This document shows positions 38,199 to 47,351 of a stretch of DNA of 64,000 nt, one piece after another. The stretch spans positions 1,454-65,453 of the forward strand of contig CAZRNA010000002.1 in NCBI GenBank assembly GCA_964601325.1, given 5' to 3'. This stretch comes from an uncultured Candidatus Bathyarchaeia archaeon. Its GTDB lineage: Archaea > Thermoproteota > Bathyarchaeia > 40CM-2-53-6. The notes beneath the pieces are model-generated. The model saw only the letters and a list, made by a program, of their open reading frames with translations, was not told where the DNA came from and did not search any database. Each line of letters opens with the position of its first letter. The first letter of the stretch is position 1. A program made the translations under genes and the position numbers.

Positions 38199-39551
38199 AT
38201 GTCGAATAGAAACCACTGTGCAACATTCCTGAACCAAGATGAGATACCGACCTCGTGGTACAACATCCAGGCGGACCTCCCCGAACCACTTCCGCCGCTG
38301 CTCCACCCGGGCACGAAACAACCGCTGAGCCCGGGCTTACATCCTAGAATATGGGCAGAAGAACTCGTACGCCAAGAAGACTCCAAAGAACGCTACATCA
38401 AGATACCGGATGAAGTGCTCGACGCGTACCTGCGGATGCCTCGACCCACACCACTATTCCGAGCGCGCCGTCTTGAAGCGTACCTGAAGACGCCTGCTAA
38501 GATCTACTTCAAATGTGAGTACACAAATGCCGCCGGCAGCCACAAACCGAATACCGCGATAGCTCAGGCGTACTACTGCAAGGCCCAAGGAACCGAGCGA
38601 GTCGTCACGGAGACCGGTGCAGGTCAATGGGGCTCGGCCCTCGCGATGGCGGCCGCCTTCTTCGACCTGAAATGCCGAGCGTACATGGTTCGCGTCAGCC
38701 ACGACCAGAAACCTGGCCGCCGAATCATGATGGAAACTTGGGGCGCAGAAGTATTCCCATCCCCAAGCAACCAGACAAAGTTCGGCCGAAGCCTACTCAA
38801 GGAGAACAAGAATCATCCAGGCACGTTAGGAATCGCAATCAGCGAAGCCATCGAGGACACACTCGCCAACGAGAACACACGCTACTGCCTCGGCTCAGTA
38901 CTGAATCACGTGCTAATGCATCAAACCGTCGTGGGATTGGAAGCGAAGAAACAATTCGAAATGCTAGACACGTATCCTGACATTGCTATCGGCTGTGTTG
39001 GCGGCGGATCCAACTTCGCAGGCTTCTCATTCCCATTCATGATGGATAAGCTGCAAGGAAAGAAGAACACAGACTTCATCGCTTGCGAGTCCAAGGCGGT
39101 GCCACATACGACGCGGGGAGTCTACACATACGATTTCGGAGACACAGCTGAAACAACACCACTTGCGAAGATGTTGACGCTCGGACACAAGTACGCTTGC
39201 CCGCCCGTTCATGCGGGAGGTCTACGGTATCACGGCATGGCGCCGCTCATTTCCTATATGATCAACAAGAAATTCATGAGATCAGTAGCCTACACACAGA
39301 AAGAGATCTTCGACGCAGCACAAATCCTCGCACGCACAGAAGGACTGATCCCGGCACCCGAGACAGCCCACGCCATAAAATGCGCAATTGACGAAGCGCT
39401 TGCCTGCAAGAAGACGGGCGAAGCCAAAGTAATCGCCTTCAACTGCAGCGGCCACGGCCTTCTAGACCTATCAGCATACGAGATGTTCCTGGCAGGAAAG
39501 ATCAAGGAGTTCGAACCTGCGAAAATTACAGTGCCCACATACGTCAAGTGA
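38199..39551 (+). CDS. trpB2: TrpB2-type tryptophan synthase beta chain (PLP-dependent)
   Basis: 450 aa with the long TrpB2 N-terminal extension, the PLP-lysine context (NAAGSHKPNTA), GAGQWG and GCVGGGSNFAG. Confidence 0.8.
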   Translation: MSNRNHCATFLNQDEIPTSWYNIQADLPEPLPPLLHPGTKQPLSPGLHPRIWAEELVRQEDSKERYIKIPDEVLDAYLRMPRPTPLFRARRLEAYLKTPAKIYFKCEYTNAAGSHKPNTAIAQAYYCKAQGTERVVTETGAGQWGSALAMAAAFFDLKCRAYMVRVSHDQKPGRRIMMETWGAEVFPSPSNQTKFGRSLLKENKNHPGTLGIAISEAIEDTLANENTRYCLGSVLNHVLMHQTVVGLEAKKQFEMLDTYPDIAIGCVGGGSNFAGFSFPFMMDKLQGKKNTDFIACESKAVPHTTRGVYTYDFGDTAETTPLAKMLTLGHKYACPPVHAGGLRYHGMAPLISYMINKKFMRSVAYTQKEIFDAAQILARTEGLIPAPETAHAIKCAIDEALACKKTGEAKVIAFNCSGHGLLDLSAYEMFLAGKIKEFEPAKITVPTYVK

Positions 39552-39583
39552 ACGCCCGCCCTCGCCTAGGGCGTTTCCCCCCA

Positions 39584-39592
39584 TTTTTTTCT
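39584..39592 (+). terminator. oligo-T tract, putative terminator after trpB2
   Basis: ccccccattttttttctc lies ~35 nt downstream of the stop codon. Confidence 0.4.
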
Positions 39593-39697
39593 CTTGATTC
39601 TTCTCTCCTCGAAGGTTGAATCGTCTAGACTCGATGACGTTCCAAAGGCTTTTGTCCCGCAAGGGCGTAGGTCTGACCGCGTGAAGGTGCCGGGGAG

Positions 39698-39934
39698 ATG
39701 GCTTTGGCCTTCGTGATGATAGCTGCAGAGACGGGCAGAGAAAGTGAAATTATGGATGAGCTGAAGAAGATTGAGCACGTCAGGGAAGCCTGTCTGACCT
39801 ATGGCGCCTATGATGTTGTCGCAGAAGTTGAAACTGAGACAAGGGAGAAACTTGAGGAAATCATAACCGGGAAGATTCGCAGAATAGGCGGCGTCAGATC
39901 AACGCTGACCTTGGTGGTTGTAGAAGAAGCATAG
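39698..39934 (+). CDS. stand-alone Lrp/AsnC C-terminal (RAM) domain protein
   Basis: 78 aa with the RAM-domain pattern (VMIAAETGRESEIMDELKKIEHVREACLTYGAYDVVAEV..., TLTLVVVEE). Confidence 0.6.
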   Translation: MALAFVMIAAETGRESEIMDELKKIEHVREACLTYGAYDVVAEVETETREKLEEIITGKIRRIGGVRSTLTLVVVEEA

Positions 39935-40039
39935 AACTTCTCTCTTGACATCAGTCTTTCTGCTGAGGCGCGGAGCCTAGGAACTAGAACACACGTCGCA
40001 AATTAGCCCACGGGATTCGCAGCATTTGTTTGCTTCGTC

Positions 40040-40453
40040 TTAGTCGGCCAAGGCGAGTCGTGTACGCCCTTTCCCTTGTGCCCACGCATTGTAGGCTTTC
40101 ACGTGTTCCCGTAGCCAGCGAGGGTAGATGCCTGAGAGAGTGGATTGGCAGAAGTCGACTGTCCATTGAACTCTGAAATGGCATCTCTGGCAGAGTGCAG
40201 CCAAATTCCACGGCAAGAGATTCCACTTGTTGCCGTCTAAATGGTGAACCGTGAGCACGTTGGGAGCAGGCCCATTCTTGACTCCGCAAAGCTCACAACG
40301 CCAGCCGGCTCGCCCTCTCACCCATCTTGACACCCTACTCCAGCGTGGCGGATAATCCAGTGCTCCGTGTCTATGTCCCGCATCGTTCACAGGTTCCACA
40401 CCTGAAACAACGTCCGTTAACAAGTTGCTTTCCGCAATATGTGCACATCTCAT
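40040..40453 (-). CDS. HNH endonuclease
   Basis: Contains CELCG...VHHLDGNKWN....NLAALCQRCH (an HNH motif with Zn-binding Cys pairs). Length is 137 aa. Confidence 0.7.
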   Translation of the reverse strand: MRCAHIAESNLLTDVVSGVEPVNDAGHRHGALDYPPRWSRVSRWVRGRAGWRCELCGVKNGPAPNVLTVHHLDGNKWNLLPWNLAALCQRCHFRVQWTVDFCQSTLSGIYPRWLREHVKAYNAWAQGKGRTRLALAD

Positions 40454-40761
40454 CTGAGCTCATGCGCGTCACGTTGGTCTTGTTGGAGTGAAAGGAATGA
40501 GAGGTGATACGAGGCACCCCAGCGAGTCTCAACCGAAACTGCAATCGAGTGAGATGAAGCGCCTCACGAGGGCTCAAACAGACATGGCGGATGTAGTTGA
40601 CTGCTGACCCTCCACCTTTGGCAGAGCTGCTTCCGTTCCAGTTCACTCTTGACGGAGGACCATTCAGCTAACATACGAAGCGCCTCATCATCCAGCCAAT
40701 GTCGGATCAGATCGGAAGCCTGACCCTTCTCATGGTTGTGTTCTTCGCAGATCGTTTCTGG

Positions 40762-40950
40762 TCAGCCTCTTGTCTTCGTTGGGGCGAGCTCGTCAAATGT
40801 CATGATTCTTCCGCACACATCGCAGCGGAAGATTGTTTCATCGAGGTCGTTGAATTTCAGCAGAGCAATCGGGACTGGGTGTGGGCAGATCTTTGGGTCA
40901 ACCCAGGGCAGTTGTGGATAATCTCTTAGTCGTCTCGTTCTTCGCATCAT
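40762..40950 (-). CDS. small zinc-ribbon-like hypothetical protein
   Basis: 62-aa ORF with CPHP ... CDVCG spacing, upstream of the HNH gene on the same strand. Confidence 0.3.
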   Translation of the reverse strand: MMRRTRRLRDYPQLPWVDPKICPHPVPIALLKFNDLDETIFRCDVCGRIMTFDELAPTKTRG

Positions 40951-41051
40951 AAGCAGACGCGAAGCCGTCCTTCGATATGATCGGAAGAGATGACTGATTG
41001 ACCGTCTGAGTCCTCAGTGAAAATGGACTGCCGACAATCAGGTTAAATCCA

Positions 41052-42278
41052 ATGGCAGCATCGGTGAGCGGGCGATTAGATTTGCAGAAGGGTCAAGCTG
41101 AGAAGTACACTTACGCAGTATTGGGCGCGGGAAGACAGGGCACCGCAGCCGCCTATGACATGGCAAAGTTCGGACAGGCAAGCAAGGTCACGATTGGAGA
41201 TGTTGACCTGAAACAGGCTAGACATGCGGCGAATCATGTGAATCGCCTGATCGGGCGCAAGATTGCTGAGGGAACACGTGTGGATGTTAGGCGTCCAGCA
41301 CAGATCAAACGCTTCCTAACAGGCGTGGACGCTTTCCTAAGCGCCGTCCCATACTATTACAACCTAGAAGTCGCGAGAGCGGCGATCGTCGCTCGTGCGA
41401 ATATGTGCGACCTTGGCGGCCACACCGGCATCGTCCGGAAACAGCTCCTCCTCGACCGAAAGGCAATAGACGCGGGAATCTCGATCGTGCCGGATTGTGG
41501 TCTCGGCCCCGGAATGGGCGCGACGCTGGCCTGCCACGGCATGGAGAAGCTCGACTCCACAGACGAAGTCTACATCTGGGAAGGCGGCCTACCCCAGAAT
41601 CCTCAGCCACCATTCAACTATCTGCTCACATTCAACTTCGAAGGCCTCATCAACGAGTACTCCGGGAAGGCGATCTTCCTGCGCGATGGCAAGATTGTGG
41701 AAGTTCCGTGCATCGAAGAGTTCGAAGTGATAGAGTTCCCCTCTCTAGGCAAGCTGGAAGCATTCACAACATCTGGCGGCACGTCAACGTGCCCGTGGAC
41801 GTTCAAAGGGAAACTGAAGGTCTTCCAGAACAAGACGCTACGCTACCCTGGCAGCTATACTCAACTGAAGACGATGCGTGACCTCGGCTTGTTCAGCGAG
41901 AGAGAGATTAGAGTTGGCGCAGTCAAGGTGGCCCCGAGGCGTGTACTTCAGACGCTCTATGAGCCACACGTGAAGTTGACAGGAGAGAAGGATGTCGTTG
42001 CTCTCCGCGTGAGATGCGTTGGCAAAAAGGATGACCGGCCGGCTGAAGTTATTCTGGAAATGTTAGATTATCATGATGATGAGACACAGTTCTCAGCGAT
42101 GGAACGCACCACAGGCTGGAGCGCCTCTATCGTTGCGATCATGATGGCGCGGGGTGAGACGCCACGCGGAGCAAAGCCGCTTGAGACCGCCGTCCCAAGC
42201 CACCCCTTCGTCAAAGAACTGGAACGACGAGGAATCAAACTGACCGAGAAAACAAACTGGCCCACAAGCCAGCAATAG
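41052..42278 (+). CDS. saccharopine-dehydrogenase-family NAD(P) oxidoreductase (LysDH/carboxy(nor)spermidine-dehydrogenase-like)
   Basis: 408 aa with an N-terminal Rossmann fold (YAVLGAGRQGTAAAYDMA) and the saccharopine-DH C-terminal domain. The exact substrate is not inferable. Confidence 0.6.
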   Translation: MAASVSGRLDLQKGQAEKYTYAVLGAGRQGTAAAYDMAKFGQASKVTIGDVDLKQARHAANHVNRLIGRKIAEGTRVDVRRPAQIKRFLTGVDAFLSAVPYYYNLEVARAAIVARANMCDLGGHTGIVRKQLLLDRKAIDAGISIVPDCGLGPGMGATLACHGMEKLDSTDEVYIWEGGLPQNPQPPFNYLLTFNFEGLINEYSGKAIFLRDGKIVEVPCIEEFEVIEFPSLGKLEAFTTSGGTSTCPWTFKGKLKVFQNKTLRYPGSYTQLKTMRDLGLFSEREIRVGAVKVAPRRVLQTLYEPHVKLTGEKDVVALRVRCVGKKDDRPAEVILEMLDYHDDETQFSAMERTTGWSASIVAIMMARGETPRGAKPLETAVPSHPFVKELERRGIKLTEKTNWPTSQQ

Positions 42279-42429
42279 CCTCTGGCTTGCGACCTCATTT
42301 TGCAGTATAGCATCGCTAATGGAACGAACGCAATGGCGGCGTGTCACACCTCAGTTTCCGTCGAGTCGTTCAAACGTTTCATCCTATCGTGATATCATGA
42401 GCTCAATTCTACTATGCATCGCATCAAAA

Positions 42430-44079
42430 CTAGACGGGTAGGCCTGCTAGGAGCTTCTTGGTTGATGAGACGCATGCGCGGTATGTGATAGCTGAGATCA
42501 AGGCCGTCAGGGTCAACGATGCGAAGCAGGCGGCGGCGAAGTAGATGTTATTGTCCAACCACTGGAGTTTGAAGAGTACGTACATTCCGTAAGGTGCCAG
42601 TATAGCGCCCGCAACCGTCGCGCCGAGCAGCATGCCCGTTAGCACTCCGGTGAGGCGGATGAAGCGGCTTCTTATCGTCTCGCTGAAATCTGGGTACTTG
42701 GCTCCCAACGTCAACCCTACGAAGGATTCAGCAAGGATCAGGGCTGCTAGAACGAGTAGCATAGCTAGCGAGGACTTGAAGCTCGCGTGCCCGAGCAGAG
42801 TGATGCCAAGCCAGAAAGCGATCGCTACCGGTAGCGACAGGATAATGTTGGCAGTCACCTTCGCTCTAACGAACTCTCCCGGCAATAGTGGAGAGGAGTA
42901 GAGATTCCAGACCGCTGAGCCCTCCTGCCCGACGCTTATCATAGAAGTGAACAGCGCGAAAAACGTCAGGCCGAAAATCAACGGGAAGAACCAGAACATG
43001 ATGCCTAGGGAAGAGGCTGGACTCCGGTTCGTGGACACTAGCGAAGGGATCAACAATGACGCGACAATGAGGATCGGAATGGCTAGGAATCTCGCCATCT
43101 CTCTGCGGCGGCTGAGTGATCTGAAGTCCTTCCTGACGATGGCGCTCTCGGCGGGGTTCAAACCCAATCTGCTTAGGAAGCCGGCGCTGGGTGCGTATGT
43201 GGCTGTTGATAGTTTGACCGAGACTGGCATGGGCATCCAGTAAGCCTGCCTCAACCTCACGCATGCTAGGAAGAAGAGTCCGCAGAGAAGAAACGTGAGA
43301 AATGCGTACAGAAACGCGGACAAGAGATTGTCTTCAATGAAGCTGGCTACGGCAAGTGACGGCCAGACCAGAGGGAAATACGATGCGCCTTGGACGCTGC
43401 CGGCTACACTTCCGAGAAGGGACAGCATGATCGTCGGGTTGAAGATTAACTGAAAGAACACGAATACTACGATGAGCACGACAAGTCTCAGTATCATCAC
43501 TGCTCTTCCGCTACGCTTGTAGAGGAGCGATGAGGCTCGATTCGTGAACGCTCTCAGTGCCTCCAATCCAAAGGCCCCAATGAGCACACCAACGAAGCTC
43601 ATCAGAACCGTTATGATCCATGCGTAGATCAGCCCGAACTGCAACGCAAGTCCGAGGGCCGCCCCCAGCCCCACTGCCACATAGATGGAGTAAGAGAACG
43701 CGAGCGAGGCCGAAGATGCTAGGACATACTCAGCCGCGGTGATGGGTAAATGGTTGATCATGTCGGTTGACGTGAAGTTGAACGAGTAGCTCAACTCCCA
43801 CAGCAGTCCTGAAATCATGATCAGGCTGATCAGGAAGATCGGCAAGTCGACGATCACTTGGACGGCAAGCGACGAACTCGTAGAAGTCGAGAGCGAAGCG
43901 GCGAAGATCGAGGCGAGCCTTTGAGCTACAAGGCAAGCTACTATGAAAGCCGCGGTGTCGATGAGCACTATCGCGGATGGTCGCCTCAGGAAATCTAACC
44001 TACCTCTTATGGTTCTGTTTGCCCTCAACTGCGAAAAGGTGAGAACCTTAGTCAGTTGATATGCGGCCCGGAGGTTCAT
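42430..44079 (-). CDS. ABC-2-type transporter permease (large polytopic membrane protein)
   Basis: 549 aa with more than 10 TM segments. It overlaps the upstream ATPase gene by 4 nt (ATGA). Confidence 0.6.
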   Translation of the reverse strand: MNLRAAYQLTKVLTFSQLRANRTIRGRLDFLRRPSAIVLIDTAAFIVACLVAQRLASIFAASLSTSTSSSLAVQVIVDLPIFLISLIMISGLLWELSYSFNFTSTDMINHLPITAAEYVLASSASLAFSYSIYVAVGLGAALGLALQFGLIYAWIITVLMSFVGVLIGAFGLEALRAFTNRASSLLYKRSGRAVMILRLVVLIVVFVFFQLIFNPTIMLSLLGSVAGSVQGASYFPLVWPSLAVASFIEDNLLSAFLYAFLTFLLCGLFFLACVRLRQAYWMPMPVSVKLSTATYAPSAGFLSRLGLNPAESAIVRKDFRSLSRRREMARFLAIPILIVASLLIPSLVSTNRSPASSLGIMFWFFPLIFGLTFFALFTSMISVGQEGSAVWNLYSSPLLPGEFVRAKVTANIILSLPVAIAFWLGITLLGHASFKSSLAMLLVLAALILAESFVGLTLGAKYPDFSETIRSRFIRLTGVLTGMLLGATVAGAILAPYGMYVLFKLQWLDNNIYFAAACFASLTLTALISAITYRACVSSTKKLLAGLPV

Positions 44080-44858
44080 CTCAACAAAGCCTCAACGATC
44101 TCTCTCACATCACCCGTCCCAGTCAGCTTGAGGAAAAGCTCCTCCAAAGTTGAACCAGGCATCCCAGCTTTGCTTCGCAGTTCAGCTACGGACCCTTGCG
44201 CCAAAACTTGTCCCTCGTGCATGATTGCGACTCTGGTGCAGATCGCCTCAGCGATCTCTAGGACGTGTGTGCTGAGGACGGTGCTCACGCCTTCATCCGC
44301 CAACTTGTGGATTAGGTCTTTGAGGATCTTAGCGGATCTTGGGTCCAAACCGTTCAAGGGCTCGTCCAGGATCAGCAGTTTCGGTTTATGCAGCAAGGCG
44401 GCGATGATTGCGGCTTTCTGTCTCATGCCCTGGGAGTATCCGCTGAGCATCTCGTTCTCTCTTCCCTCAAGCTCGAAGGCCTTCAGAAACTCCGTGATTC
44501 TCTCCCTCTTAGTCTGAGCATTGAGCTTGTAGAGATCGGCGACGAAGTCCAGATACTCGAGGCATGTCAGAAATTCGTAGAGACGTGGTGACTCGGGCAC
44601 GTAGCCGACGATTCTTCTAACATCGATCGGGTTTCGCTGGACATCGAATCCGCCCACCGTGATGGAGCCGTCGTCGGGCTTCAGCAGGCCAAGCATCATC
44701 TTCATCAGGGTTGACTTGCCTGAACCGTTTGGTCCGAGCAACCCGAAGACCTCCCCGTGATCCACGTTGAGGCTCACTTCGTAGACGGCTCTTGTGTCTC
44801 CGAAGCGCTTGACCACCGACTCTATCTCGACGGCATGTGACCTATTCATAACGACCAT
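44076..44858 (-). CDS. ABC transporter ATP-binding protein
   Basis: Contains Walker A (GPNGSGKST), the ABC signature (LSGYSQGMRQK), Walker B (LILDEP) and an H-loop. Confidence 0.85.
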   Translation of the reverse strand: MVVMNRSHAVEIESVVKRFGDTRAVYEVSLNVDHGEVFGLLGPNGSGKSTLMKMMLGLLKPDDGSITVGGFDVQRNPIDVRRIVGYVPESPRLYEFLTCLEYLDFVADLYKLNAQTKRERITEFLKAFELEGRENEMLSGYSQGMRQKAAIIAALLHKPKLLILDEPLNGLDPRSAKILKDLIHKLADEGVSTVLSTHVLEIAEAICTRVAIMHEGQVLAQGSVAELRSKAGMPGSTLEELFLKLTGTGDVREIVEALLR

Positions 44859-44956
44859 TCCACGGAAGAGCGCTTGTTGAAAAGTACGCTTGGTCTTGAA
44901 CCTTTCGCGGAAGGCCTACTGGGTCGCGTTGGTGTCGTGTGGGGAAGACATATTCA

Positions 44957-45916
44957 CTAATCTTGCATCGCAAGTCCTTTTCCGATGATGCGCGTCTTCT
45001 TGGCGTTGAGATCCAGTAAGAGGAAAATGTCTTCCGGTGTGTACACTATCGGTTTCTCAGATTCTATGCTTAGTGAAGTTTCGTCTTTTCCGGTGATTGT
45101 GATAGGGACTGTCTGCATGCCCACGGTAACATGGAAAGCACCTTCTCTCACATCATCAGGATAGAACGGACTTTTCTTGAAGGAGAGCTTCACCGTTGTG
45201 CCTGTCTTAGCGCTGTCAGAAGCGCATAGGACGGACCCTCTTTTCATCTCTTCAACGGCGGCGCCTTTTATGGCTAGACCGACCCTTGATCCAGCCTCAG
45301 CTTCGTCGAAGTCTTCATCCTGCATCTGTATGGAACGCACCATTACTCTCTTGTTGGCTGGCAGCAGGGTGAGCTCGTCATACTTCCTTACGATGCCCTT
45401 CTTCATGAATCCCAGTATGACTTCGCCTACTCCTTTGACACTGAAGGAATGGTCCACCGCGACCAGAACCGGTGAGGCCGTATCTCTTTCGAGGTCAAAG
45501 GTTTTCAGAACCTGAAGCATCTTGCCCGGATCTCGCTTCCCAATGATGAAAGAGACGAGAGACGTGTCTTTGGTTATCGCGGTTATTTGATCAGGCGTTG
45601 CGTAGAGGGAGGTTACAGCTATTCCCTTAGAGATGCCGAGCGAGTCGAGCATTACGACGGTCTCGCCCAATTCTCTTGTCATTTCGGCGAATGTGACAAC
45701 GGCAGCGTCAATGCTGGAGACTATCTCGCTCTTCGCTGATAGCTTGTCCTCCAGAGGGGACATGAACGTGAATATGTGCTCGTCCATTTTCCTGTTGAAC
45801 ATGACGATGTCGCTTCCGGTTTCTTTCTTGCCCAACTCTCGGCCAATCGCATCGTCATGGAACACGCCGACTGCAAGATGTTTCATGGGGTCACGAACAT
45901 TATGGTGACATATCAA
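44957..45916 (-). CDS. EF-Tu/EF-1alpha-like protein with degenerate GTPase motifs (domain II beta-barrel intact)
   Basis: Residues ~170-260 match EF-Tu domain II (VDHSFSVKGVGEVILGF..KG......L.......V.SIQM...DEAEAGSRVGLAIKG). The N-terminal region is G-domain-sized but lacks a GxxxxGK[ST] P-loop and DxxG. Confidence 0.5.
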   Translation of the reverse strand: MICHHNVRDPMKHLAVGVFHDDAIGRELGKKETGSDIVMFNRKMDEHIFTFMSPLEDKLSAKSEIVSSIDAAVVTFAEMTRELGETVVMLDSLGISKGIAVTSLYATPDQITAITKDTSLVSFIIGKRDPGKMLQVLKTFDLERDTASPVLVAVDHSFSVKGVGEVILGFMKKGIVRKYDELTLLPANKRVMVRSIQMQDEDFDEAEAGSRVGLAIKGAAVEEMKRGSVLCASDSAKTGTTVKLSFKKSPFYPDDVREGAFHVTVGMQTVPITITGKDETSLSIESEKPIVYTPEDIFLLLDLNAKKTRIIGKGLAMQD

Positions 45917-46026
45917 TTCTCACGAAGAAGGACCGCGTCGCGGGCTCACATTGAGATGCTTCGATGGCGTTTTGACCAAGCCAGAAATGCGCTTCGACAC
46001 TGTCCTAATTTCGCAGGCAATGATTC

Positions 46027-46575
46027 TCATGAGATCTCCGACATGGCTTGGCGTCGTATCGCATAGACCGGTATTCCGTAACGTCTCAATAATGTAACGA
46101 TTCTTTCCACTGAAAAGGCGCGCAGAAGTAGTGATCCTAGAAAGCCTACGGCGACAATAGAACCGGCCACTACCCCAAGCCATGTGATTCCTAGCGGTAG
46201 AGCCAGGATGTAGCTTAGATACGTTCCAACTATCACAGTCACTATCAGTATCTGCAGCCCAATTGCGACAAGGACTCGCCACCTGCCTCCACCTGTGGCG
46301 ACTCTCCAGGCGACGTAGCCTGCAACCAGATTCGCGATAGAGCCCCCGACGATGTCAACGGGCCCGAGCCCTCCGAAGAGGTTGGCTACGAAAGCGCCTA
46401 AAGATAACCCAAGGATTGCGGGCCACCCGAAGAGGATTGCCAACGGTAGAAGCGCGTCAGCGACTCTCACTTGAAAGACTTGGAAACTGATGGGAGCAAG
46501 AACCATGACGCCGACGGCGTAGAGAGCTGCGAAGCCTGCCGTGAAAATTGTAACTACAGATTTGCGACCTTTCAT
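46027..46575 (-). CDS. queT: QueT-family (queuosine-precursor) ECF-type S-component transporter
   Basis: 182 aa with 5-6 TM segments and motifs close to QueT (VFQVRVADAL ~ QFRISEGL; GAFVANLFGGLGPVDIVGG ~ GVFIANLFSPLGPIDL). A strong SD (GGGAGGAG) sits 7 nt upstream. Confidence 0.55.
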   Translation of the reverse strand: MKGRKSVVTIFTAGFAALYAVGVMVLAPISFQVFQVRVADALLPLAILFGWPAILGLSLGAFVANLFGGLGPVDIVGGSIANLVAGYVAWRVATGGGRWRVLVAIGLQILIVTVIVGTYLSYILALPLGITWLGVVAGSIVAVGFLGSLLLRAFSVERIVTLLRRYGIPVYAIRRQAMSEIS

Positions 46576-46807
46576 GCACTACTCCTCCCGACTCCGGGGT
46601 TTGTCAAGCGCAACGGGTGGGAGGCCCCACTCACGCGCCAAGCTCCTGCAGAGACTGGATCTGGTTAGTAAACTTGTGTGGTGTCGGAGTTGAATCGCAG
46701 GTATTCAGCGAATATGGATCGAGAGTTGGATCCAGACGCGGGGCCAGTGTCCCGTTCCAGCAGGTGGCGATTATAAACGGTTATAAGATACTCATAATCT
46801 CTCATAT

Positions 46808-47011
46808 TTGGCTGGGCGACTTTCGATGATTACCACGATTCCCTTGGAGAAAGAGACCAGAGAACGCCTACGGTCTTTTGGAAGAAAGGGTGAGACCTAC
46901 GATCAGGTCTTGAGGCGACTGATTTCGATAGCTGAACATGAAGAGTTCATGACACGGCAGTACGAACGTTTGAAGGACAAGAGTGCCTTCGTCAGCCTGG
47001 ACGAGATCTGA
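46808..47011 (+). CDS. ribbon-helix-helix (CopG/RelB-like) antitoxin
   Basis: 67 aa with an RHH-like N-terminus (ITTIPLEKETRERLRSFG.KGETYDQVLRRLI). Its stop overlaps the toxin start (TGATG). Confidence 0.6.
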   Translation: MAGRLSMITTIPLEKETRERLRSFGRKGETYDQVLRRLISIAEHEEFMTRQYERLKDKSAFVSLDEI

Positions 47012-47292
47012 TGCCTTACGAAGTGAAACTTCACCGCGAAGTCGTGAAGGCTCTCTCTAGAATGAACCCTGAACTTCGTTCAAGAATCATCAGAGCCCTG
47101 CGTAACCTCCAGAAAGACCCCTTTCAGTCCCGCTCGGGCGCGGATATTGCCAGACTGATTGGAACGAAGGGAAGACAAGATCTGTTTCGATTGAGAGTCG
47201 GTGACTATAGAGCGATATACGCGGTCGAGGACAATATCGTCTACGTGACCGATCTTTTCCATAGAGAGAAAGGCTACGGTAAAAGTCACTGA
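47011..47292 (+). CDS. relE: RelE/ParE-family type II toxin (mRNA interferase)
   Basis: 93 aa with the RelE/StbE pattern (KAL.....ELRSRI..AL..L..DPF....G..I.RL.G.....FRLRVGDYRAIY.V.D....V.V..L.HR...Y). Confidence 0.7.
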   Translation: MPYEVKLHREVVKALSRMNPELRSRIIRALRNLQKDPFQSRSGADIARLIGTKGRQDLFRLRVGDYRAIYAVEDNIVYVTDLFHREKGYGKSH

Positions 47293-47351
47293 TCGTCAGC
47301 CTTGGAATCTGGCACTACTAGCCACGTAATTGGGGCTAGAACCACTTGGCC

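Noticed and set aside
40371-40646. 91-aa Cys-rich ORF overlapping the HNH endonuclease start in another frame
   Set aside because: It could be a genuine Zn-ribbon mini-gene or the product of a frameshift in the HNH N-terminus. I cannot decide from sequence alone. It is mentioned in a finding but not listed as a feature.
46576-46640. preQ1 riboswitch upstream of the QueT-like transporter gene
   Set aside because: The 5' leader (rc of 46576..46640) shows only a short CCCG/CGGG hairpin and a strong SD. It has no resemblance to the preQ1-I/II consensus (no A-rich tail with a UCCC/ACUA core).
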